Source of the DNA: Guillardia theta CCMP2712
Taxonomy: Eukaryota > Protista > Cryptophyta
DNA: 64,000 bases
Assembly: GCF_000315625.1 (NCBI RefSeq)
Contig: NW_005434641.1
Span: 263,113 to 327,112 of the forward strand
Direction of reading: 5' to 3'
In this document: in pieces, positions 47,062-59,818 of the stretch
Layout: each line of letters starts with the position of its first letter
How positions within the stretch are numbered: position 1 is the stretch's first letter
Position numbers and translations under genes: made by a program
Notes under the pieces: generated by a model
What the model saw: only the letters and a program-made list of their open reading frames with translations
Database searches by the model: none
Told to the model about the DNA's origin: nothing

Positions 47062-49460
47062 ACATTCTCCTCCTCCTCCTTCCATCCTTTAGCCTCCTCT
47101 CTGAGCCCATTTTGGGTTGTCTCACCTGGGATCGCATCAAAAACGCTCCGAAGGTATTCGGAGCTCCGAAGGGAGCGATGGTGATAGACAGCAAAGGCAT
47201 GGGCCTCGTCTCGACACTTCCTGCGACTTGGCATTACAAACGAGAGGAAGAAGCAAGTCTGACAAGAAGAGTGAGGTTGCAAGGTGTACGCCGAGAGCTG
47301 TGGAGACAAGATTCGATGACATCGTGAAGACAACAGCAATGGCGGTACAAGTACGCAGAGGTGGCCAGTCATGTGGGGCAACTCCAGTAGTGGGGCATGC
47401 GTAAACTTGCCTCAACAGCAACATGGCAGCTGAAAAGATCCCTCCCTGCTCGCAGCGTCACCTCAGCTCAGGTCCAGCTCTCCTCACCTCAAAGTGCAGG
47501 GGTCGAGGATTGTCGGGGACATACACCTCCTCTCGCTGCTTCGCCAAGGACAGGAACGTCACTCTCTTCAGGATCTCCTCGCACCTCCCCGGGTCCGTCG
47601 AGTTTCGAATCGCCGCCATGACCGCCGCGAGCTATCAGGACATGAGCAGCAGCAACGCCACCTCCAGCTCGTCTACCTGCCCTCTCCCTCCGTCGATCAA
47701 GACGACGTCGGGGAGCGGGCTCGAAGGGATCGAGGAGTAGCTGCAATTCTCCCCTTTCTCTTCCCTCCCTTGCCTCTCATTCAGACCGAACCGTCTTATG
47801 ATCGCCTCAGCAAGAGAAGCAAAGTCATCTGAATGGCCCGTTCGCACGTTGGCGCTTTCGATCCTAATCCACCTGTTGCCATTTTCAACATTTTTCCACC
47901 GCTCGTCTCTCAGTTTTCAGGAAACATTGATAATCACATCTCGTTATCTTCAAACACAACAAACATGTCGAGATCACCTCGAACGCAATCACCAACTTTA
48001 CAAGGGGAACAGACATCTGCCGTTGTTTCAGTCCTCACCTGTAATATCTCGGAACGGGAAACCCATCGAGCAACATCGAGGAGGAAGCGATAGTTCCATA
48101 CCCCTACCAAATCGCAGTCTCAGCCTTTCTCTTCATCTCTCTCCACCCACTTCCCGTCCTTCTTCCTTCTCCCCTTGCTCACCATCTGACTCATGACCCC
48201 TTACCGGTATCCTCTCCCCTCCTCTCCTCTCCTCTCCTCTCCCCTCCTCTCTTCTCCTCTCCTCTCCTCTCCTTCTTCTCCATCATTCCACTCTGCTCCC
48301 TTACCTGTATATGGCTGATATCATACCCCTCAATGATCCTCGGGGTCTTCTCCATCTTGAGCGTCGCACTCAGCTCTGCCAGCCCATCTATGATCGTTGC
48401 TATCAAACAAACTTCAGCTCTCTGCCATCCTCCCTCCTCTCCTCCTGCCTGATTTCTGCAATCCGTTCCCGAGCGCGGCGGCTTGTTCAGAGAAGAGTCG
48501 CAGCGCGCTGGTCGAGTTCTTCTCATGCACGAGCTCCAGCAGTTCCCGGATGGCGTTCTGTGACATGTCAGACTCTGTTGGCTCGCAGTGCACAGGAGAT
48601 CACGGGAGAAGAGTTGCTGTCTGGGAGAGAGGACTTTTTAGAGACATCCATCGAATCGCTGGACTCGTCGTCAGCGGAAAGGTTGCTTCCCTTGCTAGTT
48701 CTTACCTCAGTATGGCCTCTGCGACTGCCATGGCCTCCTCAGAGGCTCTCAGTCCCCTTCCTCCTCTCCGCGTCTCATTCTTCAGAGCGATCTCCCACAA
48801 GCAGCACATGTTGATGAACTTTCTCAACCTGCGGGGTCATGGCGTCACCCCATACGAACAGGCGGGCCCGTCGAGCTTCCTGATGCAAATCTTGTTGGCG
48901 AACGATCGAGAGGCAAAGGGACCGTAGAGACGATCGACTTTCAGCCAGTCTGAGCAGCAGAACGAGATCAGGACAGGCACCAACAACAGGAGGAGGAGAA
49001 GAGGAACGAGCAGAGCAAGATGTCAGAAGCAGCAGCGCTGGAGGCGATGGATACGTCGCCTATCACCCCCTCACCTGACTTTGGAGCGCTCGATTGCAAT
49101 CGAGGGAAGAAGCAGTTCCCCGAGAGGAGAGGAAATCGAAGGGGGAGGGAGGAACAGCTCAGATGCTCCGCGACTGTCAGGTTTCAGAAGAGGACAAGGG
49201 CAAGCTCTCGTTCACCCTCAGCCCCAGGGACGACGAGCTCTGACTTGCGTCTCTCCACCATCAGGTGCGGCGACGGCTGGCTCCATGCAAAGTTGATGAA
49301 CCTGAGGAAGACATTGAATACAGCACATGACTGCGTCTGACGAACTGAAATTTATCCTTTCCCCCTCCCCCCCCTCCTCCGCCCTTCCCCTTCCTTATCC
49401 CCGCTTGCTATCCCCTCCCACACCCTCCTCACTTCTCCCTCCTCTTCTCCCTCCCTCACC
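46385..49460 (-). CDS. uvrC: UvrC-like excinuclease (RNase H-like nuclease + HhH), multi-exon; N-terminus/GIY-YIG not clearly resolved
   Basis: YGPFAS (~48900-48930), PRIIEGYDISHIQG (~48305-48345), DDFASLAEAIIRRF, LPDVVLIDGGRGQV, RDEAHAFAVYHHRSLR, GIERKTRKKLIEKFGSIEAL...VEGVDELQASAI. Confidence 0.88.
47010..47061 (+). repeat. (CTG)n microsatellite, intronic in uvrC
   Basis: Seen directly. Confidence 0.9.
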
Positions 49461-50378
49461 ATGGATGATGATGTGACCCTTTGCTGATGTTTCTTTCACC
49501 TTCCTTCAACCTCTTTCTTGACAGGCAAAGAAACGCCTGGGTTCTGAGGCAATCATTACCACCAACACCAGTGCATTCCCTATATGTCTTGCTTACAAGG
49601 TCGTGAACATAAAAGATGCGCTTCTTCTGTACAGCCGAACTAGCCGCATGTCTTCGTCTGCACTTTGCGGCGAACGCTTTTGGCTTGAGAGCTTTTCCTG
49701 TGCATCGGGATATCAGATACTGCGCAGTAAAGAAATTCATCGAAGGATGACGAATAACAGGAAGAGAAGTATCGTAACACAGAACTATGAAACACAACAA
49801 GTGAAGACCTTTCTTGATCTGTTTCTTGTCCTCAATCCATCAGTGCTCGTCGGGAGATGTAGTTGGCCATCTCCCCCTCCTCCCCCTCCTTCGTCGCCAA
49901 GTCTTCTTCTCCTCCCTCGTCCTCGTCGTTCGCTCCTTTGCCCTCGTTGGTTGCTTCCCTTCTCTCCTCCTCCTTCTCCTCCTCCTCCCTCCAAACATCG
50001 CGCGCCTTGCTCCCCGAACATAGATCCTTGGAGGAACCTACAAACATGCCACCCACCCCACTTCATTCCATAGAATGGTGTGGTGAAAGTACCCCTCCCT
50101 GAGACCCTACATGCATGAGAAATGAGATCCGTCCGACTGATGGAATGCACGTGAAGTTTTGAGAGGGGAAGGGGGAGGAGGAGGAGGAGGAGGAGGAGTA
50201 AGAAGGACTAGGAGGACACGCCAAGAAGAGGAGTTGGAGGAGGACAAGGGAGGAAGAGGGGTTAGAGGGAGGTGGTTGTAGAAGGAGGGAGAAGGGTTGA
50301 GTGTGGATCGAGTAGCGAAAGGAGAGGAGAGAGGTTGAACACAACGAAAGGGAGGGAGAGAGGGGGAGAGAAACAGGG

Positions 50379-53300
50379 ATGACGCATGCGACTCGGAGCA
50401 AGAAGTCACAGCAGCCATCTCATGCCGGCACAACACTGCGCGAGACGAAGAGGAGAAGACATACGGTCAAGCAGGAGGGGCAGGGGGAACAGGGGGAGAG
50501 GGAGCGCGGGTTCAGATCATGGCTGAACAAGGAAGGGTTTGTCCTCCATGACTCCCTCGATCTGAGATTCTCCGGCAAGCTGATCGCTCTCTTGCTCCCT
50601 CTCCTCTTCCTTGACTGCTGAGGGCCGCAGGATCGCTTAATGGTGGAGGAGTCTTCGCCAGCAAGGCTCTGAGGAGAGGAGAGGTGCTGTGCACATGGCA
50701 TGACGCGTCTCGCGGTGCGATGATGCTAGAACAGACAGCCGTCCTGATCCCCAAGAGAAGCTGCATCACCTGGATGACCTCCGGACTGCGAACACACCTG
50801 GAATCCATCTGTAACGGTCTATCCTCCTCCTCACTCCTCCTCACTCCTCCTCACTCCTCCTCACTCCTCCTCTTCCTCACTCCTCCCCTCACCCCCCCCC
50901 TCCGGCCTCTTCCTCCTCCTCGTCCCTCCTTCTGATCCTCCTCCTCCCTCTCCTCCTCCTCTTTCTCCCCCCACCACGTTCTCGTTCATGTTCTTGTCTT
51001 CATACCCCATAATATCCATATAAAACTTCTCATCCCCTCCCCATTCTTCAGTCTTCCGCTTCTCCTGCTTCCTTCCACTCCTCCCCGCTCCCACTCTCCC
51101 ACATTCCTGATCCTCTTCCCCAGACGTTACCGAGAGGACGATCAAGACGTTCTTCGCTGCACCTGCGTCTGTCAAGTTGACTTGCTGCCTCCTGTTTGAG
51201 ATGTCCTTGCAAGAAAGGTTCCTCCTGAGAGGGGGAGGGGAAGGGGGAGGGGGGGGGGAGGAAAGATGCAGGGGGGGAGTCGTGGGGAGGAGTCGTGGGG
51301 GAGGAGGGGGAAATGGGGAAGGGGGGACCTCATGTCGTGCAGATTTCGAATCNNNNNNNNNNNNNNNNNNNNNNNNNNNNNNNNNNNNNNNNNNNNNNNN
51401 NNNNNNNNNNNNNNNNNNNNNNNNNNNNNNNNNNNNNNNNNNNNNNNNNNNNNNNNNNNNNNNNNNNNNNNNNNNNNNNNNNNNNNNNNNNNNNNNNNNN
51501 NNNNNNNNNNNNNNNNNNNNNNNNNNNNNNNNNNNNNNNNNNNNNNNNNNNNNNNNNNNNNNNNNNNNNNNNNNNNNNNNNNNNNNNNNNNNNNNNNNNN
51601 NNNNNNNNNNNNNNNNNNNNNNNNNNNNNNNNNNNNNNNNNNNNNNNNNNNNNNNNNNNNNNNNNNNNNNNNNNNNNNNNNNNNNNNNNNNNNNCATCCC
51701 TCCTATCCTCTCGATCCTTCGCCATCGACAAGTGTCGTCGACTGCCTTCCCCTGTCATCCAAGAGTTCTTCACCATCCCTGCTCCTCTACCCCTGAACTC
51801 GCTCTAGATGCTCCCTTCCTTCGAATCCCACCTTCCTCCCTTTCCTCTTCCCCTCCCTTCCTCTCCTTGGTTTCTTTCATTCCTACCCGCTTCTTCCTCG
51901 CTCATTCCCCCCTCCCTCCCTCCCTCCCTCCCTCCCTTCATCCATCCCTCCCTGTCGCTCCCTCCATCCCTCCCATCGTCTCAGCCTCCTGCTCCTCCTC
52001 TCTCGTTCATCCCTCTGTCTCATTCTGTACGCCAGCTTCCATGGGCCAGGCATGATCCCTCTTGCGGATCTTTTCAACCATCTCACGGATAGAGAAAATC
52101 TACATCTAATAGGTGCTCCCTCCTCCTCTTCTCTCTCCTACGCTCCCCCTCCTCTGTGCTCTACTCTCCTCCTTTCTGCCCTGCTATAGCCTCTTCCTTC
52201 TTCCCCACCCTCTGCCTTTCTCCTCCTCTCCCCCTCTCCTCCACCAACCTCTTCCTCATCAGCTTATCTCTGATTGTTCAAAACATCTTTTCGTACTTCC
52301 AGCTTTCCATGCTGACACGAGTTCCAAGGGGATGAAGATACAACAAACTTGGAGGAGGAGGAGGAGGAGGACAAGAAACAAAGCAGGAGGTTGAACGCAC
52401 AAAGGCAGGAGAGCACGAGAGGCAAGCAAAAGGAGGAGGAGGATGGAGGCATGTTAAGCATGGAGGTGGTCCGAAGCGTCAAGGGAGGAAGTGAGATCTT
52501 CAACACGTATGGAGAGCTTGGGAGTGCTGCCCTCCTACTGCGATACGGGTGAGTGGGGGAGGAGGAGGAGGAGGAGGAGGTGATGGAAGAGGAGGAGGTG
52601 ATGGAGGAGGAGGAGGAGATAATCGGGGGGAAGGAGGAGGAGGTGGAGGAGGAGATGGTGGTGGTGGAGGCTCGCTGCCGCGTGTTCTGATGTGTGGCAG
52701 TTTCGTGGACAAGAAGAACCCACACGACTTTGTGAGCATGAACGAGGACCTGGTGGGAGCCGGGCTGGTGCGATGGATGAGGAGGAGTGGGGGGGAGAAG
52801 CTGGAGGAAGAAGTGAGGAGACGACTGAAGTTCTGCATCGATGCTGGTGAGCTGAAAGCAGAGAGGTTGATGAAGTCAGGGATGGATCAGCGGAACGATA
52901 AGGGTGTTCGAAGGGTGGAGGAAGAGGAGGAGGGAGGAGGAAGAGGAGGAGGGAGGAGGGGAGGGGGAGGGGGGGAGGAGGAGGGAGGAAGGAAGGGGGG
53001 GGGTGAGGAGGAGGGGGGAGCNNNNNNNNNNNNNNNNNNNNNNNNNNNNNNNNNNNNNNNNNNNNNNNNNNNNNNNNNNNNNNNNNNNNNNNNNNNNNNN
53101 NNNNNNNNNNNNNNNNNNNNNGAGGAGGGTGAGGATGGGAGGAATATCGACACGAAGGAGCAGGAGAGCAAAGTCGGAAACAAGGGAGGATCAGAAAATG
53201 CGACAAGACAAGTGTTGAAAGGGAAGGAGGAAGGTCAGCAGAATGGAGAAGCAGAGGGAGCAGACGAGGAGGAGGAGGAGGAGGAGGAGGAGGAGGAGGA

Positions 53301-53652
53301 GGTTGTGGAAGTGGACATCAACACTCTGCTCTCCATCGAGTCGGAGGAGGGACTGCCGTAAGTCGAGGCCCAGCTGGTGATTAGCTGACTGATCAGCAGG
53401 CGGTGGATCCTCGGTGAGGACGTGCTGGGCTGCTTCTCCGAGCTCCTACGATCGCGCATGGCCGAGCTGGAAGAGGGAGAAGGTTGGGAGGAGCTGAAGG
53501 GAGAGAGGACGGAGGAGAGGAAGGAGCTGGCGATGCAGCTGAGGGAGAACGAGCGGCTGCTGCTGCGAAGGGCGCAAGCATGGACAGAGAAAGCATTGGA
53601 GGAGCAGAGAGGGGAAGAGGAGGAGGAGGAGGAGGAGGAGGAGGAGAAATGA
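50379..53652 (+). CDS. SET-domain protein lysine methyltransferase (Rubisco LSMT/SETD6/Rkm-like), multi-exon, interrupted by N-gaps
   Basis: FRSWLNKEG, GGGVFASKALRRGEVLC, MIPLADLFNH, VRSVKGGSEIFNTYGELGSAALLLRYG|FVDKKNPHD, LAMQLRENERLLL. Confidence 0.85.
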
Positions 53653-53701
53653 AATACAGACATGTATACAACAACAAGAGGAGGAGGAGGAGGTGGGGGG
53701 G

Positions 53702-56118
53702 CTAGTGAGCCTGCTGGAGGAGGTCGAGCTGCTCAAGTTTGCGGTCGAGGACGTTTTTCAGCTCCTCGAGGACCGCGTGCTGGCTGAGATTCTCAGCTCC
53801 GATGCCCCTTGAGACGTCGAACGGAAGGTCCGCAAAGAGAGAGATAAGCTGATGTACCTCCTCCCTCTCCCTACCTTGTGTCAAGTATCTCCTCCTCCTC
53901 CTCCTCCTCCTCCTCCATCACCGTCACCTCCTCCTCCTCCTCCTCCTCCTCCTCCTCCTCGCCCCCTCACTGCTTGTCCTCCCTCTTCTCCTTCATCTAC
54001 CTCAACCTCCTCTCCGTCTTCCTCCCATGAGCACAGCGAGCAGCTCGTCAACCCAGTAGTATCTCCTGCTCCCGCTCCTGCTCCCGCTTCCGCTCCCGCT
54101 CTTCCTGCCGTCTCACTGTGCGCTCGGCGCAGCACCAAGTCGATCGCGTCCACTCGTCGTGCGATCCCACTCAGGCAGGACGACAACCCCCCGTCGAAAC
54201 CCAGCTCGACCCCAGGAGCCCCCTTGGGACGAGGAAGCCCCTGCACTCTCCTTACGATCTCCTCTAGGACCAGGACCGTCTCCTCCGCCGCGCTCAAAGT
54301 TCGCTCCTCCTCCTGCTCCCTCAACCACAGACGGACATGCGACAGCTCCGCCTCCTCCTCCCACCACAGACGCACGTGCGGCAGCCCTCTCGTGGTAGCG
54401 GAGAGGACGGAGCGGAGCATGAAGATTTCCTCCTCCTTTCCCCGCAGCTCTGTCGTGCTGTAGTCTACCAGCTTCGCCAGCCGCTCGAAGGAAGCAGCAA
54501 GTCTGTCTCGGTCCTCGCTGAGAAACCTCGCGTCCTCTCGCAGCTCTCCCGCCAACTCTCCCAGCGCCGACATCAGCTCGTTCATGTCCGACAGGCAGGA
54601 GGCAGCTGCTGAGCATGCACTCGTCCTCCTCCGTTCCTGCGATGCGCGTGAGCGGGGAGAGCGAGGAGGAGCACGGAAGCTCAAAGGGAGCGAGGAGGGG
54701 GGGGATAGAAGAAGAGGAAGAGAAGGAGGTGAGGACAAGATCGAAGAAAGGAAGGAAAAGGAGATAGAAGGAGAAGGGGGAGGATCAAGAAGAGGAAGGA
54801 GGAGGAGGACAGGGAGATAGAAGGAGGTGGAGAGGAAGGAGAAGGAGGAAGGAAAGAGGAGGAGGGAGGAGGAAGGAAGGAAAGAGGAGGAGGGAGGAGG
54901 AGGGAACCTCAAGCTGCAGGACAAGAACCCGATAGGAGAGAGAGGAGAGCTCGTTGCGGAGGCTCTCAATCTGCAGCTCAACTTCAGCTGGTCAGCAGGT
55001 GGAGGAGGATAGAGGATTAGCATCTGAGCAGGAAGACGATCAAGGTCGCTCTTCCTGCCCTGACTCGCTCCCCCGCCTCCTCCTCCTCGTTGCCTCTGCT
55101 AGCCGGACAGCAGCAGAGGCTGCGGTCTGATCGCTGAGCTGAGACAAGGTAGAGAGCACAAGATTCAAACAACCAGAGGAGAGGGGGATTAGATGCGCGA
55201 GAGAAGGAGGGAGAGGATGCGGATAAGGAAAAGAAGGGGAGGAGGAAGGGCAAAGGGGAACATGATTGAAAGGCGGAAAGAAATTGAACAGAGACGATTT
55301 AGAAGAGGAAGGGAGGAGGAAGAAGGGAGGAGAGAGAGGGAGGAGGGGAGAGGGAGGAGGGGAGAGGGAGGAGGGAGGAGGGAGGAGGGAGGAGGGAGGA
55401 GGGAGGAGGGGGAGATGGGAAGGAGGGAGGGAGGGGGGAGGTCGTACCTGGAGCAGGAGAAGTTTGCTCTGCTTCCGCTCTGCTTGCAACTCTTGAGTTC
55501 GAACTCTCTCAGACGAAATCGCAAGCGCCGCCTTGTCCTCCAGCATCTCCTTCCTTCTCTGCTCCCTCCTCTGCTCCTCCTGCTGCGCCCTCAACCCCCA
55601 CAGCTCCTGCGGACCCCGTCACGTCATGTCTCCCCCTCCCCCCTCGTCTTCTTCCATTCTCCTTCCCATCCCTCCGCGCCCTTCCATTCTCCCTCCCTCC
55701 GCTCCTCGATTGCTCCACCGATTCTGCAGCGTCCAGTTTCTTCTGCGTGTCATCCAGGCGCTCCTGTTGAAACCTCAGGAGAGGAAGCGGAGGAAATCAG
55801 CAGCAGCAGCAGCAGAAGAAGAAGAAGAAGAAGATGAAGATGAAGATGAAGGAGGAGGAGGAGAAGGAGAATGAGAAGAGGGAGGGGGGGGGGAGGGAGG
55901 ATGGGTGCAAGTTTAGACAGGTAGTGCGGAAGAAGAGGAAAGGGATGAAGGATGAATCAAGCAGCGAAAGAAGGAAAAGACCTGTAGCGAGTCTCGCTGC
56001 CTTGCAATCTTGCTGAGAGTTGACAACTTGCGCTCCTGTGAAAAGAGATGAAAAGAATCCAGAGAGTTGATCAATCGAAGTGATCATTGTCTCTAGCTCT
56101 ACCATCACCATCATTACT

Positions 56119-56209
<91 letters not shown>

Positions 56210-56238
56210 GCATCATCATCTCCATCATCATCATCATT

Positions 56239-56286
<48 letters not shown>

Positions 56287-57046
56287 TCAATCGGTTCATC
56301 ACCAAGGATCTGCACTGGGATCGCAGCTGAGAGTTCTCCTCTTCCATCTTCTGCAGTGCTGCCCCCATGCTCCGCAGGCTTCGCTCGAGCGTTCGCTGCT
56401 CTCGTCCTTGCCGCGAGCTGTCTCTGCCTTGCTGATCGGGTCGATCCAGGAGAGGCGAATCCTGCCAGAGGAGGCGAGTCAACGAAGACAAGAGCGAAAG
56501 GAGGAAGCGAGGGAGGAGGAAGCGAGGGAAAGGAGGAGAGAAGGCGAGGAGAGAGACGGAGACGAGAGAGGGGAGGGGAGGGGCAGGAGAAGGGGAGGGA
56601 AAGGTTGAAGAGTGGTGGGAGGGAGGGAGGGGCTTACAAAGGTTTTTCTTCGCAGCTCCTGCTCCAGCTTGTGCTTCTCTCTCTCGAGCTCTTTCACCCT
56701 CCCAAGGAGCGACGACTCTATGTCCGGGGAAGCAGCCCCGACCTATCGCAAGTCACTCGCTCCCTCGCTCCCTCGCTCCCTCGTTCTCTCTCTCTCGCTC
56801 TCTCCCTCCCTCCCTCCAGGGGTTCCCTGCTACCTGTCGTGCATGCTTGGAGGGGATCGCACTGAAGTCTTGGGATGAAGGAGGGTGTGTCATGCCTCCA
56901 AAGTCTTCATCCTGCAGCAACCAAGAAAGAGAAGACAAGGCAAGGAATCAGTTGTGCTGTACCCACAACATCAGGTGTGGGAAGCAGAGTAGCAGAATCA
57001 GAGAGGAGATGGGAAGAGCAGCAGAGAGGAGGAGCAGAGAGGAGGA

Positions 57047-57104
<58 letters not shown>

Positions 57105-59079
57105 GAGTAGCTGGTGGGAATTCGAAGATCAGGGTGGAGGAAACAAGAGCATATTGAGGTCTTCACATTCAATCCGTCAGCGCAGGAGATCGTTTGCTGC
57201 ATTAGTCCCTTCCCCCAGTCCTCCTCCTCCTGCTCCACAGACAAGCCATGCTCCAATGAAGGATCTCGGCCGCTGGTCCACATTCTCACTAGCCTCATCC
57301 TCCGTGATCGCTCGAGAACAAACGACTTGCTCCTCCTCACACACCCCGACAGCGCGCCGAGCGTGTCCTGCATCACGCTGGCGTCCTGGCAGGCGAGGGT
57401 GAGTTCCATGTTCCAGCAGTCGCTCCACGCCTGCAGCCACCGCAAGGAGCAGCCGTCTACTCCCTCCTCTCTGCTCGCACGTCAGCACACCCGAAGCCTC
57501 TCTGCTGTGTTCACCTGAGTCCGCGCAGGATGCTGCCAGCCTCCCTCTCGGAACAGGAGGAGCTGGGCTCCTCGGACGCGAGGAGGAGAGAGACTTTCAG
57601 CTGGAGCGGCTCAAGGAAGGAGCTGGAGGAGACCGGGTTCCTCGCAGCAGAGGACTCGTCGGGGGACGCTGCCCGTACCCTCCTCTCATGCAGCGCCTTC
57701 TCCAACGTCTCGTTGGCCCTCCTGAGGCCTTCAGCCTGCCGTTCCATCTCCTCCCGATCCCTCGCGTGCGATCCTCGTAGCTCGTCCACCTCCTGCTGGT
57801 GCTGCAGCAACAGCTCCTCCACGTGCTTCTTTTGCGAGCTCTTCATACTCTCCCACAGGCCCCGGAGGTCCTTCACCTCGTGCAGCAACTCCTTCGCCTC
57901 CTCCTCAGCTCTCCTCCTCTCCCGTTGCGACTCCTCCAGCTGCTGCTCGACTGCCGACAACTTCTTCGTCAGATCAGCTGCGACATCCGAGTGAGACTTG
58001 AGCAGGTTCTCTTCCTTCAACCTCCCTTTCTTCACAGCGGCCTCGAGCTCCTCAACCCTCCCCCTCTGTTCCTGTAGCTGCTCTTCCTGCTGCTGCTTCG
58101 CGCGTTTGAGCGACTCGTTCTCCATCCTCTGCTTGCTGATCGTCTGCAGACTCTCCTGATACTCCTCTTGCAGATTCCGAACAACATGCCGCAGGTTTGT
58201 AGTGACTTCTTGCTCTTTCAGCAGCTGGTTGACTACCTCACTGCTGGCGCTCACCGAGTCCCTCAGCAAGGCCTCGGTTGACCTCAGGCGCTGCTCCAGG
58301 TCCTTAAGGTCTGCCGACAGCGAAGCTCTTGACTCCTCCACTTCCCTCACCAACTCCGACAGCTCCTTCATCTTCTCCACCACTTGCCCGTCCACGAGCC
58401 CTTGGCACAGCTCCTTCGCCTTGGCTTTCATGTCCTCGCTCTCGCTCCTCTCCCTCGTCATCGACGCCAACAGCTTCCTCGTTCCCCTCTGAGTGACGTC
58501 CAGCACATCAGCTACCCCGTTCAGCGAAGTCTCGATCTCCGAGAGCATCCTGTCCTGGTCACCCTCCCGCTCCTCCTTCACCCTGTGTTCCTCCTTGAAC
58601 TTCACGATATCATCCTTCAGCCACCCAACCTCGTTCCTCAGCTTCTGGAACGCTGCCTCCCTCTGACTCTTCTTGTCGAAAGCATCCTGCAGCCATCCTT
58701 GAAAAACTTCGCCGTAGCCGCCCGTCACGTTCTCTGCCATGAAAGCAGCCAGCTTCGAGGAGACCTCCGAGGAGATCGGAACCTCGCAGCAGTTGGCGAT
58801 GTAGATGAGCAGAGCGATCTCATCGTTCTTGGCTCTCAGCTGCTGGTCTACATCCCATTGCTGGCTCGGAGTGTGAAACCTTGTGTTCACCACTCGCTCG
58901 GTAGCTCTTCTGAAGTCGGAGTAACTCTCATACGCTGAGCTCCTATCCTGCGCGTCCATGGACCTCAGCATGGACGAGAACATGGAGTGCGCATCAACGC
59001 TCTGCGACGGCTCATCTGGAGTTCCTTCCCCAGCCGCAGAACCTGCAGCACTTTGCGGGGAGGAGAGAATTCGTGGCAT
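53702..59079 (-). CDS. Large coiled-coil protein, multi-exon (could be more than one gene)
   Basis: 531-codon E/K/Q/L-rich ORF 57511-59106 and further same-strand heptad-rich exons down to 53702. Confidence 0.65.
56100..56286 (+). repeat. (CAT)n microsatellite, intronic
   Basis: Seen directly. Confidence 0.97.
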
Positions 59080-59818
59080 CACGACGGAGGATGCAGAGAA
59101 ATGCAAACAGAACTGCGAAGGGAGCGGCTCATCGTGCCCTCATGAGTGGATCTGCATACAAGGACAAAGTCAGACGGTCTCTTCTCCCCTCCCTCACATC
59201 ACCTTCAGCCCTCCCCCCCCTTCCCTCCTCGCCCCCCTCTCCCCCTCCCACACACCTTGCTCCATTCCCGTCCATTCCCCGCCACTCGCCCGTTAAAGTG
59301 CAATATCGGAGTGTAACGGTCTGTAACGCTGTAACGTGTAATAACGGCGGGGTCCATAACCGTCCAGACACCGTTGAAATTTAAAAATTTGAAGGAGGGG
59401 GAGGGCAGAGGGAGCAGGGAACATGGAGGCAAAGTGGAAGAGGGAGGAGGCGAGGGCGGCGTGAGGGCTGGTTGATGGTAGAACAGTGATGAAACAATGG
59501 ACAGGGAAACTGAAGTGATGTGATGTGGAAGAGGAGGGTGGGAAAGAAAAGATTTGCGTGAGGGAGAGCAAGCAGTTTGTGTAAGTTTAAGGCAAGGAGG
59601 TTGTGAGAACGGAGCAGTTGATATCCGAAGTGATCTGATGAGCGACAAACTACAGGAAGCAACCAGATCTACCGAGATTGCTCAGGAACAGAGGGCATGA
59701 CAGTCATTCAATCTAGCATACGAGCAGAATATTTTGTTGGGAGAGCTTCCACTCTTCCACTGCTCTAAGCCAATGTTTGTTATCTGACTGATCATCACCA
59801 TCAGGCGAACCAATCATC

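Noticed and set aside
39487-49460. Bacterial contamination as the source of the uvr genes
   Set aside because: The genes contain spliceosomal introns and host-like microsatellites and are contiguous with eukaryotic genes.
49460-50150. GIY-YIG nuclease domain at the uvrC 5' end
   Set aside because: Only a weak AKSVRRKV resemblance; no convincing GxY/YxG motifs found by eye, so not claimed.
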